Shown: positions 30,900-55,980 of the stretch, in pieces
How the letters are laid out: each line of letters opens with the position of its first letter
How positions within the stretch are numbered: the stretch's first letter is position 1
Assembly (NCBI GenBank): GCA_012295275.1
Contig: CM022670.1
Span: 10,106,001-10,170,000, forward strand
Source of the DNA: Chrysomallon squamiferum
Taxonomy: Eukaryota > Animalia > Mollusca
Reading direction: 5' to 3'
DNA length: 64,000 nucleotides
Notes under the pieces: model-generated
The model's database searches: none
Told to the model about the DNA's origin: nothing
The model's input: only the letters and a program-made list of their open reading frames with translations
Made by a program: the position numbers and the translations under genes

Positions 30900-31667
30900 A
30901 TAATAAAATTAGAATTGATAATAATAATAATAATAATAAAAAAATAAATAAATATATATATATATATATATATAAAAAAAAATATAATTTTTTCAACACT
31001 GATCACATTTGTTGTAATTGTAAAATACATCCAACAAAAAACTAACTATTACACTTATATTTTAGATGCCACACATATGTATATGTGAAACGGACATTAA
31101 CACACATACATTTCAGATTAAACACTGTTGTACATGTGAAACAGATCCACCTAAACATTACACATACATTTCAGAAACAACAAACACACTTGCAGTTTCC
31201 AGCACCATTTCTTTTTGTGATCACCAAAAGAGTTGACAAAAAAAAAAATTAAAAAATTAAAATTATTTGTTAAAGATAAATTATATAAATTATACGTTAA
31301 CTGACATACAGAATAAGTATTAAAAAAATAAAAGTTTCTGTACAATGCATAGAATATTTGAGGCTGTAGTTTGATTCATTATAATCACAGTTCTGGACTG
31401 GTTAAAAAAAAACAACACAAAATCCCCCAAAAATGTACACATACACACACAGTGGTCTCTCGTTAGTATTTTAAATATAAACACTAAAAATATTTGTTAA
31501 GTCTTTTCATAGGCACTTCGGATCAAAGGGAATTTTTATGTTTATTGAGTGTATAGAGGAAGAGAAAATTTTGATGTTCAGAATTCACAGAATGTTCTTG
31601 TATAACATGGAAAGTTCTTCTTCATCTATTTTGATGTTCCCAACATTAAATATCCCTTGATATTAAA

Positions 31668-31690
31668 AAATAATAATAATAATAAAAAAA

Positions 31691-31721
<31 letters not shown>

Positions 31722-31787
31722 TGACAATAATAATAATAAATAAATAAATAAATAATAATAAATAAATATAATAATAATAATAATAAC

Positions 31788-31841
<54 letters not shown>

Positions 31842-31848
31842 AATAAAT

Positions 31849-31924
<76 letters not shown>

Positions 31925-31950
31925 AGTAAATAAATTAATTAAATAAAAAT
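31668..31950. repeat. (AAT)n/(AAAT)n microsatellite; similar tracts at about 29270-29470, 44965-45060, 47170-47300, 60250-60306, 62159-62225
   Basis: Direct reading. Confidence 0.97.
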
Positions 31951-32282
31951 TATAACCCTCTCCTAAAATTAAAAAAAATTCATTTCCTCCATTTCACACA
32001 ACAAAAATTAATGCTTTCCTGTGGTCTACACAGGTATTACACCTGTTAACTGAAATCATGTTATTATCAAATTCCTGACACATCAGCAACAACAATGTAA
32101 CAGAAATTGATCGAAAAAAAATAATCCTCCATTTTTTTCCCTTCACTAATGTACCAGTCCACCACACACAGAGAGGAATTTTCTTATGTCTGTTAATTAC
32201 ATGCAGCAAGTTAACCATGTTTTGATTTCAGTCAGTTCGCTCTCCGGTCTGTTACAGTTTCACTTAAAACAATCGCACAACA

Positions 32283-42441
<10,159 letters not shown>

Positions 42442-43179
42442 TGTCTGTCTTTATACAACAACCAGGCTATCTGCAAGACAGAAGAAAGAGTCTTACATTA
42501 TTTTGGAAATGTTGATATTTACAGTTATGGTTTAAGTAGAAAAAAAAAAAAAAAAAAATCGTTTCTGTTATGATTTTTGTATTAAGTAATGCAGGATTTA
42601 AAAGAAAATTTAATAATAATGAATAAAAAGAAAAAATACTGTGGCTTATCCTAAAATATCCAAACACTTTTTCACAGGACAAAAAAAAAAAGAAAAAAAA
42701 AAGACAACAACAACAATAATAATAATAATAATAAAAATCATTTCAAAATCAAAAATCATCTGCTATCAGTATACCAGGTAAATCTTTAGTAAAAGTACAA
42801 ACAAATTATACCAGATATTCAGTAAATGTTAAGTGAACATTTAAAACTATTTGTGATACAGATTCAGACATCAATGCTCTGATTAAAAGTTAAAACAGTT
42901 GACTTTACAGAACTAACTAAATCAATCACTGGACGGCTACTACAAAAACTGACTAAAACCAGTCAAAACATTTTTTTTTTTTATAACTTAATTTTTGCTG
43001 TTTAGCTGCAATGATGAACTACAAAATTTCTATATAAGCAACAGCAAACATGTGATGTGAGCATTAATTTCTGTTCAGCTCTGGATTAATTAAACATTTT
43101 TTATGGCTATTTTATGTTTTGGGTGTCAGCTATCTTCCAACTCTAGTAACCCAGGCTTTTGGCCTTTTTGAGTTTGATG

Positions 43180-43216
<37 letters not shown>

Positions 43217-44977
43217 AATCAAAGTAATATTTTTTCTTTAAGCTCTCTGACAGTATTTCTTGCGTACTTTAAATAAACATATCTGTAAAAGCTTATCATG
43301 GCTTATGGTGATCTTCCTAAAACAGAAAAGAAAATTTCTTATGAAAGAATGTGCAAAGAAATCTTAACACACAGTTCTGGCAGCTAATTAACACAGTGAT
43401 ACACAATGATCTTTATTAATGTTACTCTGTCCTGTATTAAACTGACAAGATCTGGGGTATTGTGCATGAAAGGCATACTTGAACAATTCTTTTTTTTTTA
43501 TATATAAAAAGACTGCATAGCTTTTAATTTTCTACCCTTATAAATTCAAAAAGTAACTGCTGACGAAACAGAATCAACTGATGTACTTCAGTAATGTTGT
43601 CAGACAAAAAACATCTCTGCTATCAATAATGCTAAAAGAAACTTGATAATGGAATACAATACAGAGCAATGCAGGATTTGTCAACAGCTTACATCATAAT
43701 TTAAATTATACATAAGTCTGAAAATAACTGAACAATAGCAACACTTCCTGGTTGAGAACTTGTATCCAGGACAAAAACGAGCACCAACACTGAAGTAAGC
43801 CAATGTGCTATATACAGGTTTTATCTCACAGGCTTTGATGACTAATACACCAGCCACGTACCCTGAACAGCAACAACAACAACTGTAACAAAAACTGGAG
43901 TAATAATGTGTATGTGTCTGTGATTAATATGAAATATACACGTGTCATCATGCAGACACATACATACATGTACACGAACAAATACACACATGCGCATGTA
44001 TTAAATCATTTTTACAATAATTTCATTAAAAACGTAATCTGCTGCCATTATTTTTTTAGCATACATAATTTTACGTATATTTGTGTGTGTGTGTCTTTGT
44101 GTGTGCAGTGCACATAACATAAGACAAAGTCTCATATCAACATCACAGTGTTGTAAAATAGCTCAAAATGAGCTTAATGAAGAATTAATCCTTTGATGCA
44201 CTGTTTTCTTGCTTAATAATATTTCATATCATTGTATAGATAGGACTGTTCAGTTTAAGTATAAACAGGATGTGCAGTGATCATATTATCATGTCTGACA
44301 CTATGAAGATGTTTTCATGAGACTGTTGTCAAAGTGACATGGCATTTATCTTAACTGCTTGAAGCACTGCATCTTATTTTTAGTAAATATAAATAATCTG
44401 ATTAGTTCATTTATTTATTATATTCATGTAGAGGTTTAGTTGTGTGTACTTTTTGTAAAAAAGATTTTTCTTTAGATGGGTAGGCAGAATATTACTTGTT
44501 AAAGTATGTCAAATTATTTATGAAAATATAAAGGGAAAAGAAGAACAAAAGAATAATAATAATAAATTAAAAAAATAAATTAAAAATAAATAAGTAAATA
44601 ATAATAATTAAAAAAAACAATTATAATTAAAATAAACAAAATAAAATAAAAACTAAAAATATACTACTATTAATAGTATTATTACTACTTCTACTACTAC
44701 TTCTAGTAACAGTAATAATAATAATAACTAAATAAATAAATAAAACTTTCACAACATAATGTAGATAATACTGTACATGGTTTCTAAACCAGGAAGTGCT
44801 TTTCAGTTATTTTCAAACCTTATATATGTATATATTTAGCTAACAATAAAATAAAATAAAACATACAAAATCAGTTGTTTAAAACACACTGACATATACA
44901 AGCATCAGTACCAGTTAATTAAAATCTATACACAAGTAAATAATTTAAAAAAAGCATAACACAATAATAATAACAAC

Positions 44978-45043
<66 letters not shown>

Positions 45044-47199
45044 GACGATGATGATAATGTTAATAATAGTAATAAAAAATAAAAAATAATAATAAAAACA
45101 CAAATATAAACTGCAGCCGAATTTTTAAACCTTTTTTGCCATCTCAAATATTATCATTACCTACATGACAGCACACACTCATATTGTATCAGTAAATATT
45201 TACTGTTTCTTGGATCCATTTAACTGTTCCAGTCTCTCTCTCAAGTTGTTTCATGGGCTCTTCATGTCATCCATAAACATATATAGACAATAATGCTTTG
45301 TTTTAATGCTTTTTCCTCTTTTTTTGTTTTCATTGTTGCAGTTACGGATAATGGCTTTTATGCCTGTCTAAAATCAAACTGTTTGATCTCTGTGATAAAA
45401 GAAAGGGTTTCGGTTTATAATTTTTTTGTAACAGTTGTGGATCTGTGCAAATGACAGATGATATTTCAGCTGCTTAATCATCCTTTTGTCTACATTGTGA
45501 CACACAATATTTTTAAAACCTTTCTCTGATAACCTGAAGGGTTATTTCAGTTTTATTTTAATGGTGGTGTATTTATGTTTTAACTTACGTATATGTAGTT
45601 TGTAATTAACTGGTGCTGCATGCTCTTATACATGCCTGCAATTTATAAAATTCACTTCATAACAACTTTAGATTTACAAAATTAATTCGTGTGATGCACT
45701 CACTTCTCACAGATATCCATTACAAGCAAGCAAATCCACAAGTGAATCATCCAAAAGGAAGTAAATCTCTTGTTTTTATATATATATATATATATACATA
45801 AATAAAATCTTAACACAAGGCTTTCTGTTAAAATATGGGTATTATTTTTTTACCTGTTAACATGATTACAATACATTATTAAGTATCACTACTGCCACTG
45901 TATCCAAACCCTTTTGTTCTACTTGCTTATATTCTGCATGTATACAATTTCCACTCATATAAAATCTTTGCTCAACAGAACACAACCATAAATAAACAAT
46001 TCAGAGCATTTTCAAACAAAATCATGGTTCACTGATTTTGAAAACACCATATGCTGGTACTGGTCGTTAAAAGAAATAAAGCTTGTTTGAAATAAAAAAA
46101 TTTTTTTTTTTTTTAAATTATATTTTTTTTATACCTCACATTACCTTTGCCTTTAAAATACTTCATAATACTGAATATATACAATGTTAATTGAGCAATA
46201 AGATTTGTAAATATAAATTAAAGTATTAATTCAGCAAAGGGATTCATAAATACAAATTAAAGTGTTGAACAAGTAGCTTAAATGCATTTTCGCATTCATT
46301 CATGTCACTAAGCTTTGTTAATAGTAAAGTACAGTTACTATACACACTGACAAATATTTCATTATAATATCATCTAAATAGAAAAGTGTGTACTGAAGTC
46401 TGAACTTTTAGAATCACTGATATTGCCACAACATATATACAGATCAATCCTTATACATACACAGACACTGTTACAATATCTATACATAATATTAATTTAT
46501 TATTACGCTTTTTATTTTATTAGTTTTATTACTTTCTCCCACAAAAATTCTAAAATACAATTACACACAAGGGGTGTAGCATCAGCAGTTAACTGTTACA
46601 GACTCCACCCACATCTCCACCCACATTTCCACAGATGTGCTTGTGAGATCAGTAATAATTTAGTTTAATTATCACATTACAGTGAAAGATTATTTATAAA
46701 ACAAACTGTCCAATTAAACATAATCTGAACATTTAGGCATGTTGAATTAACCCTGCAAAGATATAACAGCCATGTTGGTTTTCTTCGAATGTCTCTCCGA
46801 AGGTTAAACAGAATCTTAACACGGCTTTGTTTTTGTTTGATTTTTTGGTTTAAAATATTTGAACAGTTAATGCAATTTATCAAAAAAAAAAAAAAAATGG
46901 TGTTAACTACGGCAAAGATTTATGAAAAAAAAAAAAAAAAAAATTAAAATGTTAGCATGGTGTTTATCTTACATATACACTTCTCTATCATTGTGTGACA
47001 ATAAACAATAACTGTATATATTGGAGATGTAGTAGTAGTAGCAGTAATTGTAATAGAAGTAGTTCTTATAGTTGTAACATCAGTAATAAAAATAGTAAGT
47101 ATTAAATTATGATAAACCTCATATTAATATGTACATACAAACAATTATATATAAAAGAATAAAAATAAATAAATAATAATAATAATAGTAGTAGTAGTA

Positions 47200-47250
<51 letters not shown>

Positions 47251-47978
47251 GTAGTAGTAGTAGTTATAGTCATAGCAGTAGTAGTAGTAGTAATAATAAT
47301 AAATAAATAAGTAAGTAATACCTAATTAATGTCTTTCTATATCCTGATGTTAAACACACAAATATATTCCTTTGACATGATTCACTCTACACGGTTGAAT
47401 ATCATTTTTTTTTTATTTGTACAGTGATGGATAATGTGATTTTTGTTGCTATAGTTATGTATAAACACAGTTATTGTACTTCTGAACAACACGATTTTGA
47501 CCCATCACTATTGTCTGGGGTTATTTATAAACTGACCTTTGTTCCATTTAACAATTCGTCATCAGACAGAGGCTGGGATGGTGGAACGGGGTGGGAAGGA
47601 TGATAATTTGAAAAATAATGTTGGCTGACAGACAAGGAAGTATTTAATACACTGTACATAACAGAGAACATATATTAAACGGAAATATTTCACAACAGCA
47701 TGATATAGATAAGAAACACTGCGCACACAAACACATACACCAGTGTTTTAATATTATACTTGTATAGAATAAGTGAAAAGAAGAAAGAAAAGGGGAATGA
47801 AAAAAAAATGATGAAAGAAAGGAATTAAAAATAGATGGAAAAAATAAAAAAATAAAGAAAAAATAAATAAAGGAAACAAAAAATAGATGGACACAATAAA
47901 TACTAACCTACAAAAAAATTTCATATCTCTCTAACACACACACACACATATTTACACATACACATACACATGTGCACA

Positions 47979-48012
<34 letters not shown>

Positions 48013-48581
48013 GCACAACTATGGCAAGCTAAAAAGAATGAACTCTGACCCTCCGATTTCACTTTATCTTCTCATTGTTACCCTTCCTGTACAGGAAATA
48101 TGCCAGGTTCAGAGATCTGCCTTACACTCTTATCAGAATGACAAAATAGTTTTTTATTTTTCTTTCTCTGTCTCTCACATCAGGAAGGTCAAGAAAACAA
48201 ACAAGTTATTTCAGACAGAAGATTGGCATCCACTTCAGATAAGAAGAATCCTGTGTCTCTCAGAGGACACCATATTTAAGTTGACCGTGTTAAAACCTGT
48301 CTGGCATTTGTCATTAGAGAAAGAAGAAATCTCTCCAATCTTTAATATGCTGGCTGAAATTACAGACACATTTGTTACTTTTGTTTTAATGCTCCTCGTA
48401 CACTGTGGAAGATTCTTTGTATCACGAGAAAGCTCGTGTATTTGAACAGAATCTGATTTTGTTTTTGTGGACCATCTGAGATATGAAATTTGCTGTTACC
48501 TTTGAAAACAAAAAGAGCTAATATCATAGTTTTTGAAACATTGTTGAATTGTATCTGAAGCTCTCTCACTCTCTCTCTCTG

Positions 48582-48641
<60 letters not shown>

Positions 48642-48689
48642 ACAAACACACTCTTAAAAAAATAAACAAAACATCTTTGGTCACACAGC

Positions 48690-48800
48690 ATTATCCATTA
48701 TATTATGGCTAAGGACCATGCAGCTAATAAAAGGCTACAGGGTTGTTTTTTTAGCAGCAAGAAATATTTGAATGCACCTTCCCATAGACAGGAAAACAGA
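48690..48800 (+). mobile_element. Degenerate SINE-like dispersed repeat (resembles the Nin-domain core)
   Basis: tatggctaaggacca...ttagcagcaag..atatttgaatgcacctcccatagacagga; related copies at about 26445-26550 and 12115-12190. The family name rests on my recollection of the Nin core and is unverified. Confidence 0.5.
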
Positions 48801-49710
48801 TATTACAACAATTGCTAAATTAATCATAAAATACTGCAATGTTGGAGCAGGTAAATGAGGACAGAATATTGCTGCAGAAAAAAAGAAGAAGAAAAAAGGA
48901 GAGACATCCTATAATGGAAGAAGAAGAAGAACAACAACATGAACAAATAAAAACAGAGGATGACATTACAGTGGTTTTAGGTATCTGCTGGGTGTATCTT
49001 GTGACATAAACACGACCAGGAAGCTGTAACAAGATAAGGTTCTTGTAACATAAACACACACAATTATCTCAGTTAACTGGAAAATAATATTTTCATAAAA
49101 TGTGTCACAGCTTTAATGTTTAATGGAAAAAAAAAAGCAACAGTAAGAAAATAATGGTAGCAACAAAACTAACAATGAATGTAACAAAAATAACAATAAT
49201 AATGATAATAGCAATATTAATAAAGCAACAGTAACATTTATAATAATAATAATATTAATAATAATGATAAAATTATAATAATTATATAATAACATTAAGA
49301 ATAAAATTAAATAATAAATAAATTATTTTTAAAAAATCAAATGTTAAAAAAATAATTCAATACTAATGATGATGATCAAATGTTATAATAATGATGCTCA
49401 TATTAAATTTATAATTATGATACTAATTATAATAAAAACAACAGTAATAAATACAACTGAAATGATGTATATAAACATTACACCTACAAATCAGGGATTA
49501 AAACAGGGAGTGACTTCAGGAAGGGAGGGATTTAATGTAACAGAGTAATCACACCAGTGAAATCTGTGTAATTTGAAAAGGCTCACATGATACAAAATAT
49601 TTCGTTTACAGTGACTGTGTTCCAACACACAATTTCTTATTTATAACAGAAAAAGGTGATCATCATCTTTTGAAACATCAAGCTTTAATGAAAGTCAAAC
49701 GAAATAATGC

Positions 49711-49746
<36 letters not shown>

Positions 49747-50842
49747 TATATTAATTGATTAGTTATTAAGTTGTAAATGAAAGCTGACTGAAATATAAAA
49801 TGACAGATGGATAAATAAAATAAATTAGTTAAATAATTTGAAACAACTGTGTAAAAAAAAAAAAAATAATAAACCCCAAACTAATCTAATTAAAAACAAT
49901 TGGGTGACCACAATAAATAACAGTGCAATGACAGTAAGTTCAAAAACAATATACAGCCTACATAATATATGCACATCAATTACACAGACACATACACACA
50001 CATTGTTTTCAATAAATATGATTAATTTAATTAATATACTGAATGTTAAATATGTCTGACTGAGCCTGTGGCTATTTCTAGGTCAGTCACTTGTCCATTT
50101 ACCTACATTCAGTGTATCTGGTATCCTGCCTTTGATAAATCTCAAACTTACAGGTTATAACTGCCTCGATATGACATAATTACATGAACTGTGGGTACAG
50201 TTAGTTTGTTCAGTGCAGAACATAATTATTTTGACAAATGCGTGACAGTATACATCACACTTCTTTAATACAGAATTCTTAAAATAAACAGATAAATAAA
50301 TAAAATAAATAAATAAAACAAACCTAAGGGATTATAAACATTTATGCATATGACTATACCATATGTTTTTAATAGCATATGTAAAAACTTTAAATATTTA
50401 AAAAGATTCTTATGCACTAGTTTTACACACGCACACACACACACACACACATACATACATATTACTTTTTTTATTATTAATATATAATAACAGAAACTGA
50501 ATTCTGATTTGACTGATGAATTTGTAACTTTCTAACCTGAAGGTATTAAAAGTAGACAAGTAAGGGAAAGAATTTATACATATTTTGGCTATCTGTTACA
50601 TACAACATTCGGTCTAAGCCACACTGAATGTCATAAGCTTCTATTAGTTATCTTGTCACAGTTTTTGTTAATGATGACAATTCTGAAAGCACAAAGGTTA
50701 TGAAGTACAACAAAAACTGAAGAAAAAAAAAACTTAGTGAAACAGTCTTGTTGAAATTACAGGTATTACATTAACAGAACTTTTTATAAAATGTATCTCC
50801 TGAATTGTTTTAAAAGGCATCAGTCAACCTTTACAAAAAAAG

Positions 50843-50878
<36 letters not shown>

Positions 50879-50894
50879 ATAATAATAATAATAA

Positions 50895-50933
<39 letters not shown>

Positions 50934-51639
50934 AACAAAACAAAACAAAACAAAACAAAACAAAACAAAACAAAACAAAATAAAAATAAATAAATAATAA
51001 TAAATAAATTTTAAATTTTAAATTAAACAAATACACATAAAATTGTTTTGAAAATTAAAGACAAAAAAAAAATGTATCAGTTTGTATAGCCATTTCACAC
51101 ATAATAACTTAATAAATAAATAAAAAATTTATGTCAAGTATATCATGTTCAAAATGACGGATATTACAGAACGATTTTTTTTCTTTTAGCACCATCTTTT
51201 ATTTAAATCACTGCACCTGATTTAAAAAGACAGACACATAAAAACATTTGTAAAAATACAACACAACAAACAGATTTCAATGACATTTATTTTTTTTTTT
51301 TTTTTTTTTTTAATCTTTTTATCTTGATTAAAATAGCCCAAAAATTACAACGATTCTGCTGCAATGAACACCTACATGCATTAACTATGAACACAAAAAC
51401 TCTGTGAGTGGAGAGTTTAAACAGAAGCAACAACCTGCAGAATCCAGTGTTTGTTTTGTCAATACCTGGAGTGATGGGGGTCTGCATCAGCTTTTGTCAC
51501 TGGGAAAATATTTGTTTACACAACAGAACAGAGTGTTTTGTTTGTACAGTCAGATGTTATTTCCATTTGAGGAGAATAGAAATTGTTTGATCAGTTGCCA
51601 CAAGTGACAATTAGCATACCATGCCAAGTTTAAGAGTAT

Positions 51640-52310
51640 TTCAGGTGAAAATCAGGTGTTATGTGAGACAGAAATTATATTATATCATATCAGGAGAAAA
51701 AAAAAAAATATATATATATATATAATACTAATTCTGGTAGAAATTAAGTGTTATATCATTTAGAAATTATAATGTTATATCAGGTGGAAAAAATCTAATA
51801 TTATTCCAGGTAGAAATTAGATGTTACATCAGATAGAAATTATAACATTATGTCAGGTAAAAGAAAATCATAATACTAAAATAAATAAATAAATAAATAA
51901 ATAAATAAAAGCAAAAGAAGAAGAAGAAGAAGAAGAAGAAGAAGAAAAAATTAATCAAAATAATAATAAATCTTGGGTAGAGTACAACTGTAGCATTAAC
52001 TCAAGTAAAAAATGTATTATTTTATTCACTCAGGTAGATATGAATTAGGTGCATCTCAGAACAGCAATAACATTATCATCACCTTAGGTAAATATTATCT
52101 ACGGTAAAAACTATAATAATAGTATTATCACTGAAGGTAGAAATTACATCTTACTTTAATTCAATTTTATCAGGTAACAGTAAAGTTTTATCATGTATGC
52201 TAGAAGCGAAGCATTGTTTCTCATAGATTTTGTTATGGACAGAACTGAGCTGTTATCTAAGGTAAAGGATTATTACCTGACAGTGGCTTGCAAATCCAGG
52301 TAAAAAGCTA
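51640..52310. repeat. Highly degenerate tandem array rich in TCAGGTAG/AGGTA units
   Basis: Many caggt(a/g)..aaatt..ttatat-like units at irregular spacing. Confidence 0.55.
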
Positions 52311-53599
52311 ATGACCTTGTCATTCACCAACTGACACAAAAAACAGGTTTAAGACAAATCACACAATATAACAATATTTAGTTACATACATTATGCACAA
52401 AAAGAATATATATAATATGTTTTTTTAAATTACTATTAAACAGTATGTAGTTACATACATTATATACCAAACAGAATATATATATATATATATATAACTG
52501 CTTGGTGTATCATATAAGTAACTATATATTATTTAGTGTGGCTCATTTGGTGTTATATTTTTGTTGTTTTTATTGTATCTTCGGTTTTTTGAAACTGAAT
52601 GAACATAAAACTAATTTTTTGACTATCAAAGTGAGTTGAGAAAGACAATTATTTATTTACTTATTGTGTTTGGAATGTCTAGACCGACTCACAGGACAGA
52701 GAGAAAGCTAGAAGATTAAAATTGTTTACATGGTATACATGAATACATGCACACACATACATTACAATACAGATAATTGGATGCTTTGAAGTCCATTGTA
52801 TGTCTCAGGTTACGTATTTACATTTAATGTGATCATTACTTGAAATGTTTTTGATTTGCTTGATTTTTTTTTTTTTTTTTTTAATTTATTTCCATTCCAT
52901 TTTTCTTTTAAAAGCAAAAACTGTTTTGAAAAAAAAAATTTTTTAAAATACCCGCCTACAAAAATAATACAATAATAATTAAATAAATAAATAATTAAAA
53001 AAAAATAAAATAAAATAAAATAAAATGAAATGAAATGAAATGAAATACAATACAATACAATACAATACAATACAATACAATAAATGAAAATTAAATTAAA
53101 AAAAAAAAAAATAAAAAAAAAAATTAAAATAAAAAAAAAAAAAAAATAACAAATGAGAAGAAGAACAATAATTATAAACGAAGTATAAAACAAAATATAT
53201 ATTTATGTCACTTTAGTCGGCATTTAACACAATGACATTTTACACAGAAACAGTATGCAGCTTTACATTATAGATTACCTGGAAAAAACCTACATATCAG
53301 ATTGCACAGGCCGACAAATACTTATCTTAGGTAGAATCATGTACCATCTGCGGGAATATAGGTATGGTATACAGTATGGGTCATGCTGTAATAAAACAAC
53401 CCAGTACTTAGTAACACCACACACAGACAGAGGCGTAGGTAAAACAAATTAAACCAGAGATAAAAAAAAAAAAAAAAAAAAAAAAACATTACAATAAACT
53501 AGGATTAAGTCGAATGATAATTAAAACTTCAGTCAACATCAAATAATTCTGAAATTTCAATCAAGTAGCATTTTTTTTTTTTTTTTTTTAAACATTAAT

Positions 53600-53870
53600 T
53601 TTTAAATAATGAATCAGTTAAATTTTTTAAAACTTGAATGATATTTTTTTTTTTAGTTTTAAAACTTTCAGTCAAATGTTTTAAATGAACCAAGTTTTTT
53701 GAAGTAAATCAAATTTTTTTAAAACTTGAATGAAGTCTAATTTTTTTTTAAACTTAAAACTTGAAAACTGAACCAAGTCAAACCATTCTTTAAGTAAATC
53801 AAATTAGTTTTAAAACTGAACCAAGTCAAACCATTCTTTGAAGTAAATCAAATTATTCTTAAACTTTCTT
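53600..53870. repeat. Degenerate tandem repeat, unit about 50 bp
   Basis: aaaactgaaccaagtcaaaccattcttt.aagtaaatcaaatta twice near-perfect (53765-53858), plus decayed copies to the left. Confidence 0.8.
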
Positions 53871-55299
53871 TGAGTCATATTATTCAAGTTCTGTCATCCT
53901 GGTTGTATCGGTTATATCCTACGTCTTTATCCAAACCAGAGATACACAACAAAATATGTAAATCTGAGCAGCATGAATAGAATGAATAGAATGAATGAAT
54001 GTTTAATGACATCCCACCATCAAAAACAGATCTGCTGCTGTGCATCACACAGAGCTGAAAAAAAATGACTGATACGAAATTAAATAGTGAACAAAAAAAA
54101 AAAATAACATATTTAAAGTTCATAAAACATGGTGTAGAATGTGAATACATTCAACCAGATTTAAGATTTGGAAGAGCAGAGGCATGCAGATACGTCTGAC
54201 AGTGTGTAAGTGTTTTAAGTATTGAAACACAGTGCTAAACTAAGTAAACAAATGATTAGATATACCCGATAAAACTCCCAAGTCTGCCACGATACTGTAT
54301 TATTTTATCTCATATAATATTGTAGTTTCTGTCTTATGTAACATTTAATACTGCAGTGATGTGGAGCCACTTGTATTTTTATATGTCCAAAGTTGTGCAT
54401 ACACACACATACACATACACACATACACCAACATAAATACACATACTGGTGTACCTTCCCTATTCAGGAAAAAATGATTTGACAGATCTAAAAACCAACT
54501 GTTTTATTTTCACTGGGGAAATCATATTTGGAAGGTGCTGTCCTGTCTCTATAAGATGAAGTTTTGATAGAATATACATCATCCATTCACACCTATTATT
54601 ATTGTTATTATAAATTAGTTTGCGATGCAAAGTATGCTGGTATTCATTAACAAACAAACAACAACATTCCCCCACCACCTAAAAACATCAACAACCCCAC
54701 AATAACAAGAAGAACAATAGCAACAACTGTACAATGTTTTTGTTTATCAATCTGCAGCTTAACACATACATCTGTAAAATACAATGGCACAACATTGACC
54801 TGGTAGTGTATTAGAAAACTTCCATTTTATTTACATTCAGATTTCATTTCTCTATGATAAAGGATAGTAGGGGGGTGGTGATTAATAGTAGTAATAACCA
54901 TATTAAAATTAATAATAATAATAATAACAGTATTAAAATTAATACTAACAAAAATAATAATAATAATAAATAGTAATAATGAAAATAAAATAAAATAACT
55001 AAAATAATACTAATGAAATAAATGAATAAATATAAATTATATTAAAAAAAAATTAAAATGTAAATAACAAAAAAGCAACAAAACAAATAATAATAATAAA
55101 TAAATAAAAATATATAAAAAATAAAAAAATAAAAATATAATAATAGAAAACAGACATAAAGGCTAAATTTATAACAAATATAATCACGATAATTTTTGAG
55201 ATTACTATTATTATTATTATTATTAGATAAATCTGAACTAATAACCCATTTCATTTATATCTGTAGACTAAATATAAAGTATTAACAATCAGAAATATC

Positions 55300-55980
55300 A
55301 CGATCTTCGGCCTAATAATGTCAATCATCTACCTGACGTTTTTACCTGTATTTGATCTAAATCTTTCCCAGGTAATAAAACGTCAAATCTGTGAATAACT
55401 GATAAACGTTGAGTAACTTTCACTAAACATATCTTTACCAATAATGGTAATTCGGTAACTTAAAAACGGCGGCTCTTTCGTATTTAAATCACTGACTCGG
55501 AAAGAAAAGAATAAAAATTATCCAAGTCAAGAAATGTAGCAATTCACATACGGCTGAGCGACTCGACCGCATTGACAGAATCCGTTCGTTGTTTGAATTA
55601 CCACAGTGAATGAAATCTTTTCACAACAAAACGACTACATGGACTTAAACCCGATTTATCATGAAATACACTCACCTAATATTATTTTCAACTTTTGGAA
55701 ACTTTTCGTCAAAAAATGTCGCCAACATTTCAATGAGGAAGTAAAACTTTCCAATTTCTTGCACCCCTTGCGATCTCGCGAGATTTGTGTTCGGCGTGTC
55801 GCTTCGCTTAATTGACTACCTTCACGAATACAAAGTACCTTCTGTTTTCCGAACAGGTGCGTTGTCATTCGGCAAACTTCGGACAAGAAAAACGCTGATG
55901 TCATAAACGTATTTAAGGTAACGCGGCAAATTAATTATCACGAAGTAATACATCGGGATCATTAACGTATGTCGTTTATT
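55300..55980 (-). promoter_or_regulatory. CpG-rich promoter-like island with a probable non-coding first exon (donor AG|GTGAGT, exon end 55676), likely of SFK-C
   Basis: Sharp local rise in CpG against CpG-depleted flanks; palindrome ATCTCGCGAGAT at 55773-55784; ETS-like GAGGAAGT at about 55735; consensus minus-strand donor. The SFK-C ATG exon begins at an acceptor (42471-42472), so it needs an upstream exon. Confidence 0.55.

Noticed and set aside
47972-48445. 157-aa plus-strand ORF
   Set aside because: Begins in (CA)n, has no recognisable domain and no splice partners.
42480-55300. Additional 5' UTR exons of SFK-C (donor-like sites near 45160, 47907, 48499)
   Set aside because: Donor-like words alone cannot be separated from background without transcripts.
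55606-55904. Short ORFs on both strands in the CpG-rich block
   Set aside because: No recognisable homology; better explained as promoter or UTR.
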